Below are positions 28,701 through 39,107 of a stretch of DNA of 62,869 nt, in pieces. The stretch is taken from positions 49,680-112,548 of the forward strand of contig CAZGAH010000004.1 in assembly GCA_964523295.1 (NCBI GenBank). Direction: 5' to 3'. Positions within the stretch are counted from its first letter, which is position 1. Each line of letters starts with the position of its first letter. The notes below the pieces were generated by a model. It saw nothing but the letters and a program-made list of their open reading frames with translations, was not told where the DNA came from and ran no database searches. This DNA comes from an uncultured Desulfovibrionaceae bacterium. Its GTDB lineage: Bacteria; Desulfobacterota; Desulfovibrionia; Desulfovibrionales; Desulfovibrionaceae. The position numbers and the translations under genes are program-made.

Positions 28701-28849
28701 TCCTGACCCTGTACTTTACGCCCGTGTATTACATCTATTTTGAACGAATCCAGCAATTCTTCCGGCCGCGGCATCGGGAGTCCGCGGCGATCACCCCCGA
28801 GGCGCCAACGCTGCCGACAGAACACCAGCCGGCGGCGAAAACCGTATAG
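25706..28849 (+). CDS. RND-family inner-membrane efflux transporter (AcrB/MdtB/MdtC-like)
   Basis: 1047 aa. The N-terminus is MNISALCIRRPVMTTLVMLAMLLFG, the layout is 12-TM with two large loops, and it has VVDDAIVVLENI-type blocks. The ATGA overlap with the adaptor stop is at 25706-25709. Confidence 0.95.
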   Translation: MNISALCIRRPVMTTLVMLAMLLFGTMAYLKLPVSALPSVDFPTIDVSASLPGARPETMASAVATPLEKNFSTIAGLTSMTSNSTLGGTRITLQFALNRNIDAAAQDVQAAISASLSKLPKDMQTPPTYRKVNPADDPILYLALYSTTLRISDVTDYALNRMAQRISMIDGVAQVQVYGEQKYTVRIQLDPEIMAARDVGVDEAAAAVRQGNVNLPVGIVAGQAREYTVQSAGKLEKAQAYRPLIVAWRNGSPIRLEDIASVTDSVAQPRRGNWFNNTPGVVLAVQRQPGANTVAVSEAVQKLMPEFRSQIPAAVNLDVLYDRAVTIKESIQDVEFTLVLTAALVILVIFLFLRNVTATILPGLALPLSLVGAFACMHLFNFSLNAISLMALTLALGFVVDDAIVVLENIFRHMEAGKPPLQAALDGSKEIVFTIVSMTISLAAVFIPILFMGGIVGRLFHEFAVTIAAAVLISGFVSLTLTPMLASKLFKSGPTQRHGRLYAWSERLFEGLRALYETTLRLSLRRHALTMLFSLALLVLTVALFTISPKGFLPGEDTGQLSVMTQADAGVAFPTMVARQQALMDIVAKDPDIRAFMSVVGAGGPNAASNNGRMRLALKPRDERRASADTILQRLRRQFARVPGIRSFVINPPPLNIGGRIAKGQYQYTLQSQQLDVLYRDTLLFEERLRTLPELSEVSSDLELKNPEVQLTIDRDKSSALGISAFAIEDALATAYGNRSISTIYADTDTFDVVMELAPEYQANPKALSLLHVRSAKGRLVPLESLTTHRLGVGPLSVNHAGQMPSATIAFNLAPGVSLSTALTAVENLARTTLSDGVTARFQGEAQAFQDSLRGLWLLLIISVAVIYIVLGILYESFIHPLTILSGLPSAGAGALIALWIFGMPLDLYGFVGIIMLIGIVKKNAIMMIDFALEAQRREGLAPAEAIFQGALIRFRPIMMTTMAALMGTLPIALGLGAGAESRRPLGIAVVGGLLVSQFLTLYFTPVYYIYFERIQQFFRPRHRESAAITPEAPTLPTEHQPAAKTV

Positions 28850-28966
28850 CGGACAAAGAGCCCTCAGGAGCACCTGTGAGCGGAAACGACGAAACCTTCC
28901 CAAAAGCAACGCGCACGCGGGCTTGCACGCGCACAGATCCGCCCCGCGCGCAGCTCTGAGCAGACA

Positions 28967-29845
28967 ATGGACGACATGCACCACGAAGGCCTCGTCATCC
29001 GGCCGCCAGCCGAGGCCGACAGCATCCTGTTGCAGGTCACGCTGGGCTGCTCGCACAACGCCTGCACCTTTTGCGGCGCGTACAAGACCAAGCGCTTTGC
29101 CATCAAGCCCGAGGCCACGATCATGGCGGATATCGACTTCGCCGCGCGTTACTGCACCCGGCAGCGCCGCGTGTTTCTCTGCGACGGCGATGCCCTGGTC
29201 ATGCCGCAGGAGCGGCTCTGCTCACTGCTGGAGGAACTGCGCCGGCGTCTCCCCCAGGTCACGCGCATTGGCGCATACGCCAACGCGAAAAGCGTTCGCG
29301 GGAAAACCCTCGCCGAGCTTGTCGCCCTGCGCGAGCGCGGACTGCGCATCCTCTATATGGGGCTGGAATCCGGCGACGACGCGACGCTGGCCGCCGTGCG
29401 CAAGGACGAAACCGCGGCCTCGATCATCGCCGCGGGGCGCACCGTGCGCGCTGCAGGAATCAAACTATCCGTCACCGTGCTGCTTGGGCTGGCCGGTCCG
29501 GAGGGCTCGCAGCGTCATGCCCGGGCTACGGGCGAGGCGATCAGCGCCATGCAGCCGGAGTACGCCAGCGCGCTCAGCCTGATGCTCATACCCGGCACCC
29601 CGTTGCACCAGGACTGGGAAAAGGGAGAATTCCGGCTGCCCGCGGCGCCGGAGCTGCTGTCGGAACTGAGAACCATGCTGGCCGCGACCGACCTGCCCCA
29701 GGGACAATTCTTCTCCAACCACGCCTCGAACTATCTTCCCCTGGCGCTGCGGCTCCCGCGCGACAAGCCCACGGCCCTGGAGCGGATCGACGCGGCCCTG
29801 GCCGGACAGGTACCCCTGCGTCCGGAATGGCTGCGCCGGCTCTGA
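28967..29845 (+). CDS. radical SAM domain protein (subfamily not recognised)
   Basis: Cys cluster LGCSHNACTFCG near the N-terminus and a GGE-like LCDGDAL. TIM-barrel-like blocks include YMGLESGDDATL. Confidence 0.8.
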   Translation: MDDMHHEGLVIRPPAEADSILLQVTLGCSHNACTFCGAYKTKRFAIKPEATIMADIDFAARYCTRQRRVFLCDGDALVMPQERLCSLLEELRRRLPQVTRIGAYANAKSVRGKTLAELVALRERGLRILYMGLESGDDATLAAVRKDETAASIIAAGRTVRAAGIKLSVTVLLGLAGPEGSQRHARATGEAISAMQPEYASALSLMLIPGTPLHQDWEKGEFRLPAAPELLSELRTMLAATDLPQGQFFSNHASNYLPLALRLPRDKPTALERIDAALAGQVPLRPEWLRRL

Positions 29846-29861
29846 GCGCGCAGCACCTGCT

Positions 29862-30758
29862 TCAACCGAGCTGACTGCGCAGGCGACATACCCCGCAGAC
29901 GCCGGCAGAAGTCGGAAAACCGCAACTGGTACACGGCCCTACGGCCTGGCCGAATTCCCGATCCAGAGATTGAAACGCCTGGCGACCGCGTACGAGAAAC
30001 TGCTCGTAAAACTGAATCTTCTGCCCCGGCATGGCCTCTTCCAGGCCCGACCAGAGCTGCTTGTGCGCGGTAAAGGTAGCGCCCGGACTGTAGGGACAGC
30101 CACCCTGGTGGTAATCGATGCCCCGGAGAAAGCAGTACGCGGCGGTCTCGAATTCCGTGAGCCTGTAAAGCGGCTTGACCTTGCGCGCAAAGCCGTTCTC
30201 CGCTGGCAGGCAGGGTCCCTGATCGCCGAGATAGGCGCTGTCCCAGCGCAACACATTGGCGAAAAGCCGACTGACCTCGTCGTCAAGGTTGTGTCCGGTC
30301 GCCAGAACCGGAAAGCCATAGTCAAGGGCGGTCTTATTGAAGAAATAGCGCTTGACCTTGCCGCACATCGAGCAGATCGGCCGCCTGATCTTTGACTTGA
30401 CCAGCGGAATGGGCAGCCCCTCTTTTTCCAGCTCCACGCAGATGAGCCGAAAGCCATGGCGGGCGCAAAAGGCTTCCACCGCCGCCCTGGCACAGGCCGA
30501 AGAATCCGGAATGCCCAGATCCACGTGTACGCCAGCGACGTCGTAGCCCTGCAGCCCCAACTCCAACATCAGCGCCAGGGAATCCTTACCCCCGGACAGG
30601 GCTACGAGCACGGGCTCCTCCTTGGAAAAAAGCCGATGCCGCCGTATGGCGCGCTCCACCTGACGGGTAAAGAACTGCAGAAAGCAGTCGGGACAGAATC
30701 CCGCGTGATGACTGGGCAAGGCAACGGCAGCCGGCGCCTTGCATCGTGAACATTTCAT
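29862..30758 (-). CDS. PP-loop ATPase with N- and C-terminal zinc ribbons (TtuA/Ncs6/TtcA-like tRNA thiolation family)
   Basis: Start at MKCSRCKAPA (ATG 30756-30758), preceded by GGGGGAGG. Motifs are CxxC...CxxC (CSRCK...CPDC), the PP-loop LSGGKDS, CSMCG, and C-terminal CTSCG...CGVC. Confidence 0.8.
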   Translation of the reverse strand: MKCSRCKAPAAVALPSHHAGFCPDCFLQFFTRQVERAIRRHRLFSKEEPVLVALSGGKDSLALMLELGLQGYDVAGVHVDLGIPDSSACARAAVEAFCARHGFRLICVELEKEGLPIPLVKSKIRRPICSMCGKVKRYFFNKTALDYGFPVLATGHNLDDEVSRLFANVLRWDSAYLGDQGPCLPAENGFARKVKPLYRLTEFETAAYCFLRGIDYHQGGCPYSPGATFTAHKQLWSGLEEAMPGQKIQFYEQFLVRGRQAFQSLDREFGQAVGPCTSCGFPTSAGVCGVCRLRSQLG

Positions 30759-30961
30759 AAACCTCCCCCGGATCTTCGGGCCGTGCCCTCGACTCTTCAC
30801 GCTGTCGTGGAATCGAATTGTCCGACTTTTCTTTCTGAAAATATCATAACAGCTGAATTGGCAAACAACCTGCGTCCATTATTCAGTTCACTCTCTCTGT
30901 GGTGGGGCGCAGGATGCATGTACAGAATACTGTTTGCGCTTGCAAGAAACAAGACGTCGCC

Positions 30962-31168
30962 TCAGGTCTCTCGCTGAATCATGACGCCATGTTTTGGGGC
31001 TCGACTTCGTAGCCGAGGTCTTTGAACCCTTGGGTATCGAGACGCGCCATGCCCCCCTCCTCGCGTCGGGAAAATAGTCGTTGCCTGATTCAGCATGCTA
31101 CAGGCAACTACAAGAATGAACGCCCCAACGGCGAGCGCCGTCCGTTTTGAGCCTCGTCGACTTTTCAT
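30962..31168 (-). CDS. possible small lipoprotein (very tentative)
   Basis: The N-terminus MKSRRGSKRTALAVGAFILVVAC looks like a lipoprotein signal with a lipobox. The remaining 44 aa are Arg/Pro/Gly-rich, and a G6 run precedes an alternative, more protein-like frame. Confidence 0.25.
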   Translation of the reverse strand: MKSRRGSKRTALAVGAFILVVACSMLNQATTIFPTRGGGHGASRYPRVQRPRLRSRAPKHGVMIQRET

Positions 31169-31747
31169 GCGAAGTTATTGTGCATTAGCGAAGTTTTGCC
31201 TTGAAACACTGTCTCATTGTTTCAGGGAACTGCATAAGAGCGTCTCAAGTAATTCAAAGTACAAATGATCTGGTCCTCCAAGGGTACGATTGATGCCGAG
31301 GCAATGAACGACGTCGTAGTATTCAGGAAGAGGAGGTGGCTTATACGCCGGCAGGGAGCTGAAAGCGCCATGCAGCGAAATCACATGACCGGAGTTCGCA
31401 TCCCAATCCGGTTTCTTTTCTATTTTCAGACCTGCCCTGAACTGATCCGCTTTGACCCGGTACTGATCTTTTCACGTAACCGACTTGAAATACCCATGCG
31501 TTTCGGGTAGAATTGATACCAATTGGCGAGCCGTTCCGGCTCGACCAGTGATGTCAACGTCCGACTTTCGTCATGGCTGGAGCGAGATGGACAGCCAAAC
31601 CTTCATTATTCAGGAGGTGCGTCGCGTTCGACTTCAGCGTACCGTGTTCGAACTCCATTCCGGCTATGACACGACGGCTGTATGACTATTTTTTTTCTAT
31701 TGTAGCATTTCGTTACAACCATGTTGACAAACCAAAGGGGGGAAAAC

Positions 31748-33466
31748 ATGTCCGAGACGCTTTCCGGGGTACACTCTGCTGTCCCACCGACTGTGGCAGC
31801 TTCACGAGCTGAAATGTGTTCCGCTCGGGGCAGTATCCAGGTACGCATCGTCGTCTCCATCGTTCTGGCCGTATCTTCCGTGCTCGGCGGCATTGCAGCC
31901 TACGATTACGTGACTGACAGCAAAAAGCTGAATCACGAGCTTCAAGCCAGGGCACGGACCGCGGCCTCGCGTCTGGTGCTCACGCTGGTTCCGGCGCTGT
32001 GGGACATCGATCCGGCGCGCGCGCTCCACGCCCTTGGCAGCGAGATGAATGACCAGCACATTCATGAAATCGTCGTCTACGAGGCCGACGGAAAGACCGT
32101 TTTTGCGGCCATGACGCGCGACGCCTCCTGGAACGCCGTATCAGGCAAGGCCCCTTCAGGGGGGAAGACGCACGGCGAGCGGGAGGACATCCTGCGCAAC
32201 GGGAAAAAGATCGGCGAAGTTGAGGTGCTCGTCGCGAAGCGGTTCATGGAACAGCAGCTCGACGCCTCGCTCAAGCTGATCATTCTTCGCGGGCTGCTGC
32301 TCGACGTCGTGATTGTCCTGCTGCTTGTTTTTCTCATCCGGCGCTACCTCATCGCACCGCTGGTCGCCATCCAGGAATTCGCCGCACGCGTGGGCACCGG
32401 AGACCTCGACTGTCGTCAGCTGGAGGGGCGCTTTCGCTGCGAGTTGTTTCGCCTGAAGGATTCGTTGGAATGCATGGTCTCCCGGCTTCGGGAAGACATG
32501 CAGGAGTTGCAGGTACAGCGCCACGAAGCCGAAGAACAGAGCAGGAAGGCCCGGGAGGCGGCCGAGCAGGCCGATGCGGCCCGCCACGCGGCAGAACATG
32601 CCCGACGCGAAGGCATGATCCAGGCAGCCCGAACCCTGGAAGGTATTGTCCACAACATCTGCTCCGCCTCGGACGAACTCTCGCGACAGATTCGGGAAGT
32701 CACGCGCGGCGCTGCGGTCCAGGCGGAAAACAGCAGCGATACGGCGGCCGCGATGGAGGAGATGAACAGCACGGTGACCGAGGTTGCCAGAAATGCCGGC
32801 AATACCGCCAGCATGGCCGATGAAATGAAAAAGGAGGCCGAGCAGGGCACACGCATCATGCAGAATACCCGCTCCGGCATAGACAAAGTGAACCAGCAGA
32901 CCATACGACTGCAAGAAATCATGACCGATCTGCAAACCAAGGCGCAGAACACCGGTCAGATTCTCAACGTCATTTCCGACATTGCCGACCAGACCAACCT
33001 GCTGGCGCTCAACGCCGCCATTGAGGCCGCACGGGCCGGCGAGGCAGGCCGCGGCTTCGCCGTCGTTGCCGATGAGGTCCGCAAGCTCGCCGAAAAGACC
33101 ATGAGCGCGACCAAGGAGGTCGAAAGCTCCATCAACGCCATCCAGCAAGGAACAACCGTGTGCATGCAGACAACCGAGGCCGCGGCAAAGGACGTGGTCA
33201 AGGCAACGTCCCTGACGACGGAGTCGGAACAATCGCTCCACCGGATATTCACGCTGATCAACGAGACGACCACGCAGATCACCTCCATCGCGACCGCTGC
33301 CGAGCAACAGTCCGCGACCAGCGAAGAGATCAACCGCAAAGTGGACTCCATCAACGCCATCACCAAAGCCATTGCCCGCGGCATGGAAGACGCGGCCAAC
33401 TCGATCGCCGACCTGGCCACGTTGACACAGGAACTGGACCATCTGGTGGAACAGCTCAACGCCTGA
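31748..33466 (+). CDS. methyl-accepting chemotaxis protein (TM, sensor, TM, HAMP, MA domain)
   Basis: The ATG at 31748 is preceded by AAGGGGGGAAAAC. The signalling hairpin [43 protein letters not shown] is highly conserved. Confidence 0.92.
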   Translation: MSETLSGVHSAVPPTVAASRAEMCSARGSIQVRIVVSIVLAVSSVLGGIAAYDYVTDSKKLNHELQARARTAASRLVLTLVPALWDIDPARALHALGSEMNDQHIHEIVVYEADGKTVFAAMTRDASWNAVSGKAPSGGKTHGEREDILRNGKKIGEVEVLVAKRFMEQQLDASLKLIILRGLLLDVVIVLLLVFLIRRYLIAPLVAIQEFAARVGTGDLDCRQLEGRFRCELFRLKDSLECMVSRLREDMQELQVQRHEAEEQSRKAREAAEQADAARHAAEHARREGMIQAARTLEGIVHNICSASDELSRQIREVTRGAAVQAENSSDTAAAMEEMNSTVTEVARNAGNTASMADEMKKEAEQGTRIMQNTRSGIDKVNQQTIRLQEIMTDLQTKAQNTGQILNVISDIADQTNLLALNAAIEAARAGEAGRGFAVVADEVRKLAEKTMSATKEVESSINAIQQGTTVCMQTTEAAAKDVVKATSLTTESEQSLHRIFTLINETTTQITSIATAAEQQSATSEEINRKVDSINAITKAIARGMEDAANSIADLATLTQELDHLVEQLNA

Positions 33467-33482
33467 CGCAAAGGAGACGAGC

Positions 33483-34229
33483 ATGAAACGCGTGATTTCG
33501 ATCCTTTGCCTGCTGTCCGTGCTCCTCCCTCCCGCCCTGGCCCTGGCGGAGACCGTAACCATGACCTCCCTGGACTGGCCCCCCTACACCGGAGAAACAC
33601 TTCCGGGCAAAGGCGCCAGCACCGGAATCGCCGCTGCGGCCTTCAAAGCCGCCGGATTCGCCTTTGCCGTCGAATTCTACCCCTGGAAGCGCGCCGTCCA
33701 GACCGGAAAGATGGACGGGTACGCAGGATACTTCCCCGAGTACCTGTCGGACGACATCGGCAAGGAATTCGACTTTTCCGAACCCATGGGAACCAGTCCC
33801 CTCGGGTTCATCGAATCCGTTGACAAACCAATCCCCTGGACGACGCTCGCCGATCTGAAGGGGCGGGTCATCGGCGTGGTCTCGGGTTACGTCAACACCG
33901 CCAAATTCGATGCCAAGGCGGCGGCCGGCGAACTCACGATCGAAGAAGTCGTCAACGACGCGGCCAACATCAAATAAATCGGCGCCGGGCGTATCGACCT
34001 GGCCGTCATCGACAAGCACGTGTTCGAATACCTCGTCACGAACGACCCCGAACTCCGGGCGTTCAAAAACAAGGTACGCTTCAATGACCAAATTCTCGAA
34101 GAAAAGGCCCTGTACCTGTGCTTCAAAAAGGATGCTGCCGGCAAGGCCGCCAGGACAGCCTTCAACGAGGGACTGGGCAAGATCAATTGTAAAGCCATGC
34201 AAATCGAGTATATGAAAACGCTCCACTGA
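33483..34229 (+). pseudogene. SBP family 3 periplasmic binding protein gene interrupted by one in-frame TAA (33975-33977)
   Basis: Track ORFs 33483..33977 and 34020..34229 are in the same frame. Reading through the TAA gives ...VVNDAANIK*IGAGRIDLAVIDKHVFEYL..., a continuous SBP_bac_3-like sequence. The signal peptide is MKRVISILCLLSVLLPPALALA. Confidence 0.75.
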
Positions 34230-34399
34230 CGGCGGGGGGAGACGGAAACCCCCGCGTCTGAAATATGTCTGGATTTTACCTCCCGATCGTGGTAGTGTAT
34301 GTTATCCTTTTTCGTACATAGCCCCTTGCCGGACCGGGACAGCGACCAGGTCGTTCACGCCCTCCCGTCCGGCAGGATTGTTCAACCAAGGAGTTCTCC

Positions 34400-36430
34400 A
34401 TGATCCACGCATTCCTGTTTCCCCTGGCCGTGCTTGCCACGCTGTCCCTGTGCAGCCTGACTCCTCCGGGAGAAGCACTCGCGGCCGAAAACGGCCTTTT
34501 CGCTCCGGCAGCCGAGGCCGAGCGGACCATTCCCGCGAAGGATTCCGCCGGACTGGTGCTCAGAGAGCGTCTGGTGCATATCAACTTCGACCTGCTCACC
34601 GACGGTCCCCAGCGCGGCGAGCAGGATCAGGCGCCAAGGCCGGTGACGCTGAACCTGTTCCCGGGGCTCGATCTCCCCATGAACCACGTGCGGACGGAAT
34701 TCCCGACTCCGGACGGCACAAGGGTCTGGATCGGCCAGATCGTGAATCAGCCGGGCAGCCAGATCACCATTGCCGTGACCAATGGCGTTGCCGCAGGCAA
34801 CATCCGCACCCAGCTGGGCGATCTGTTTCAAATCCGGTATGCCGGCGGCGATGTCTACGCCTTGCGTCAGATTGACACCGGCGCCTTCCCCCCGGAGGCC
34901 GAGCCCCGCGTTGCACCGGACGCCAGGCCAAACGCCATACCAGACGCGGCGCCCGGGTCCGGCGATTCGAGCCAGGCGCCGGCACAGCCTGACGACGGCT
35001 CGATCATCGACGTCATGATCGTCTACACGCCGGCGGCCGTCACCGCCGTCGGCGGTCTCTCTGCCATGCAGAGTCTGGTGGCCACGGCCGTCACCGAGAC
35101 CAATACCGGGTACGGCAATTCCGGGCTGGTCCAGCGCATCCGTCTGGTCTACCAATCCCAGGTAGAATACACGGAATCACAGGGATTCGAAGGCGCTCTG
35201 GACGACGTGACCAACGGCAACGTCCCGAATGTCCATACCTGGCGCGACCAATACGGCGCGGACATGGTCAGCTTCTGGATCGACGATTACCAATACTGCG
35301 GTCTGGCCTGGCTGATGACCCAATCCAGCGGCGACTTCGCCAACCGGGCCTTCAGCGTTGTATCCCACAGATGCGCCACGGGGTACTACTCCTTTGCCCA
35401 CGAGATGGGACACAATCAGGGCTGTCATCACGACCGGGCCAATGCCTCGGGCGAGGGCTACTACCCCTACTCCTACGGCTATCAACACACCACCGCGCCC
35501 CTGTTCCGCACCATCATGGCCTACGCCTGCTCCGGCGTAAACTGCCCGCGTCTCAATTACTGGTCCAACCCCGATGTCTCCTATCAGGGCGCTGCCATGG
35601 GCGTTTCCAGCTCAGCCAGCAATTCGGCCGACAACCGACTGTCCATGAACAACACCCGCACCATCGCCGCGAACTGGCGGCAGGCGGTGAATACGGGATC
35701 GAGCCACCTGTTCTGGCGCAACATCGCCGACGGACGCAACAAGGTCTGGCACTACAGCGGCTCGTCCGTGAGCAGCACCACGGACTACCGGACCGTCAAC
35801 ACCGTCTGGCAGATGTGCGGCACGGGCGATTTCAACGGCGACGGTCAGACCGACGTGGTCTGGCGCAATACCGCCACCGGTGAAAACGCGCTCTGGCTGC
35901 TGAACAACGGCACGCCCACAACCGTACTGACCCGCACGGTCGAGGACCAGACCTGGCAGATTCAGGCCACCGGCGACTTCAACGGCGACAGCCGTACCGA
36001 TCTGATGTGGCGGAACACGAGCACGGGCAAGAACCGGGTCTGGTACATGGACGGCGCCAATGCAACCGCCGTGGCTTTCACCGACCTGCCCGACACGAAC
36101 TGGGCCTTTGCCGGCTCGGGCGACTTCAACAGCGACGGCCAGCCCGATCTCATCCTGCGCAACTACGCCACGGGCGAGAACGCAATCTGGTACCTCAACG
36201 GAATTACCATCACCAGCGCCTCCGGATTCGAACAGGTCGGCAGCACTGCCTGGCGCATCGTTGCGGCAACGGATTTCAACGGCGACAACTTTCCTGACAT
36301 CTTCTGGCGCAACATGGGCAATGGCAACGGCTCGGTATGGGTCATGAACAGCAGTCTGGGTCCTTCACCCACCAGCCTGACCCAGGTGCCCAATCTCAAC
36401 TGGACCATCGGCGGCGCCGGCGCCTTCTGA
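34400..36430 (+). CDS. secreted reprolysin/adamalysin-like zinc metalloprotease fused to a C-terminal FG-GAP/VCBS-type repeat (beta-propeller-like) domain
   Basis: Signal peptide MIHAFLFPLAVLATLSLCSL, zinc site HEMGHNQGCHHD (HExxHxxGxxHD), and a Met-turn candidate RTIMAY. At least five repeats follow the pattern GDFNGDGxxDxxWRNxxTGxNxxW between about 35700 and 36430. Confidence 0.85.
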   Translation: MIHAFLFPLAVLATLSLCSLTPPGEALAAENGLFAPAAEAERTIPAKDSAGLVLRERLVHINFDLLTDGPQRGEQDQAPRPVTLNLFPGLDLPMNHVRTEFPTPDGTRVWIGQIVNQPGSQITIAVTNGVAAGNIRTQLGDLFQIRYAGGDVYALRQIDTGAFPPEAEPRVAPDARPNAIPDAAPGSGDSSQAPAQPDDGSIIDVMIVYTPAAVTAVGGLSAMQSLVATAVTETNTGYGNSGLVQRIRLVYQSQVEYTESQGFEGALDDVTNGNVPNVHTWRDQYGADMVSFWIDDYQYCGLAWLMTQSSGDFANRAFSVVSHRCATGYYSFAHEMGHNQGCHHDRANASGEGYYPYSYGYQHTTAPLFRTIMAYACSGVNCPRLNYWSNPDVSYQGAAMGVSSSASNSADNRLSMNNTRTIAANWRQAVNTGSSHLFWRNIADGRNKVWHYSGSSVSSTTDYRTVNTVWQMCGTGDFNGDGQTDVVWRNTATGENALWLLNNGTPTTVLTRTVEDQTWQIQATGDFNGDSRTDLMWRNTSTGKNRVWYMDGANATAVAFTDLPDTNWAFAGSGDFNSDGQPDLILRNYATGENAIWYLNGITITSASGFEQVGSTAWRIVAATDFNGDNFPDIFWRNMGNGNGSVWVMNSSLGPSPTSLTQVPNLNWTIGGAGAF

Positions 36431-36447
36431 TCCGCGCGACGCTGGAC

Positions 36448-36487
36448 GGCCGGAAACCGGGCAAGACAGAAAACCCGGCTTCCGGCC
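36448..36487 (+). terminator. probable intrinsic terminator after the metalloprotease gene
   Basis: The arms GGCCGGAAACCGGG and CCCGGCTTCCGGCC flank a 12-nt loop and are followed by a modestly T-rich tail (GTTGCATTCTGT). Confidence 0.5.
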
Positions 36488-36640
36488 GTTGCATTCTGTC
36501 CCGGACTCCTTCATACTCCGCGCGCCGGGCTGGGGAGAAGACAACCTCGCCACAGTCCTGCCGTGCGTACGGCCGCCAGGGGGGCAGTCCTCAGCCCCTT
36601 GACGGCGTTGTCCATTTTGACGATAGAGGCCCCAACATTT

Positions 36641-38446
<1,806 letters not shown>

Positions 38447-38479
38447 CAACCCGGCCGCCACGACCACCCGGACACCACT

Positions 38480-39085
38480 ATGATACCCCGCTGGCAACGC
38501 TTGCTCAAAGAATACTGCGAGGCCGTGATCATCGCACTGATCCTGGCCGTTATCATCCGCACCTTTTTCATTCAGGCCTTCAAGATCCCTTCGGGCTCCA
38601 TGCTCGAAACCCTCCAGATCGGCGACCATCTGCTGGTCAGCAAGATCATCTACGGCATAAAAATTCCCTTCCTGGACAAATTCATAGTCACCTTTGCCGA
38701 ACCGCAGCAAGGCGACATCATTGTCTTCGAATATCCCGAAGACGAGTCCAAGGATTTCATCAAGCGCATCGTGGGCCTGCCTGGCGATACCATCGAGATT
38801 CGCAACAAGGACGTCTACCGCAACGGGCAAAAACTCGTGGAACCCTACGTGAAGCATACCGACGCGATGATTCAGGAAACGAGCTCTCGCGACAACAAAG
38901 GCCCGCTGGTGGTGCCGCCGGACAAATACTTTGTCATGGGTGACAACCGGGACGAATCCTACGACTCGCGCTTCTGGGGCTTCGTCGACAAGGCCAAGAT
39001 CAAGGGCAAGGCCTGGGTGCTGTACTGGTCGTGGCGCGGTTTCAAAGAGATACGCTGGAACCGCCTCGGGACCTTTGTCCACTAG
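38480..39085 (+). CDS. lepB: signal peptidase I
   Basis: TM helix AVIIALILAVIIRTFF, catalytic Ser box IPSGSMLETL, Lys box KRIVGLPGD, and GDNRDESYDSRFWG. Confidence 0.9.
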   Translation: MIPRWQRLLKEYCEAVIIALILAVIIRTFFIQAFKIPSGSMLETLQIGDHLLVSKIIYGIKIPFLDKFIVTFAEPQQGDIIVFEYPEDESKDFIKRIVGLPGDTIEIRNKDVYRNGQKLVEPYVKHTDAMIQETSSRDNKGPLVVPPDKYFVMGDNRDESYDSRFWGFVDKAKIKGKAWVLYWSWRGFKEIRWNRLGTFVH

Positions 39086-39107
39086 CCAAAGCAGGCTGAC
39101 GCCTCCC

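Noticed and set aside
28967-29845. Radical-SAM gene as the missing partner of the Memo-like (AmmeMemoRadiSam B-like) gene at 14878-16086
   Set aside because: The two genes are 13 kb apart with many unrelated genes between them. No AMMECR1-like gene is present, and the Cys motif and size do not match what I recall of the AmmeMemoRadiSam activase. There is no basis for linking them.
31265-31510. 81-aa plus-strand ORF (and neighbouring 60-80-aa ORFs) in the AT-richer gap, considered as a toxin-antitoxin or small-protein gene
   Set aside because: It has no recognisable family, no RBS and an odd composition, and alternative frames are equally poor. I left it as unassigned intergenic sequence.
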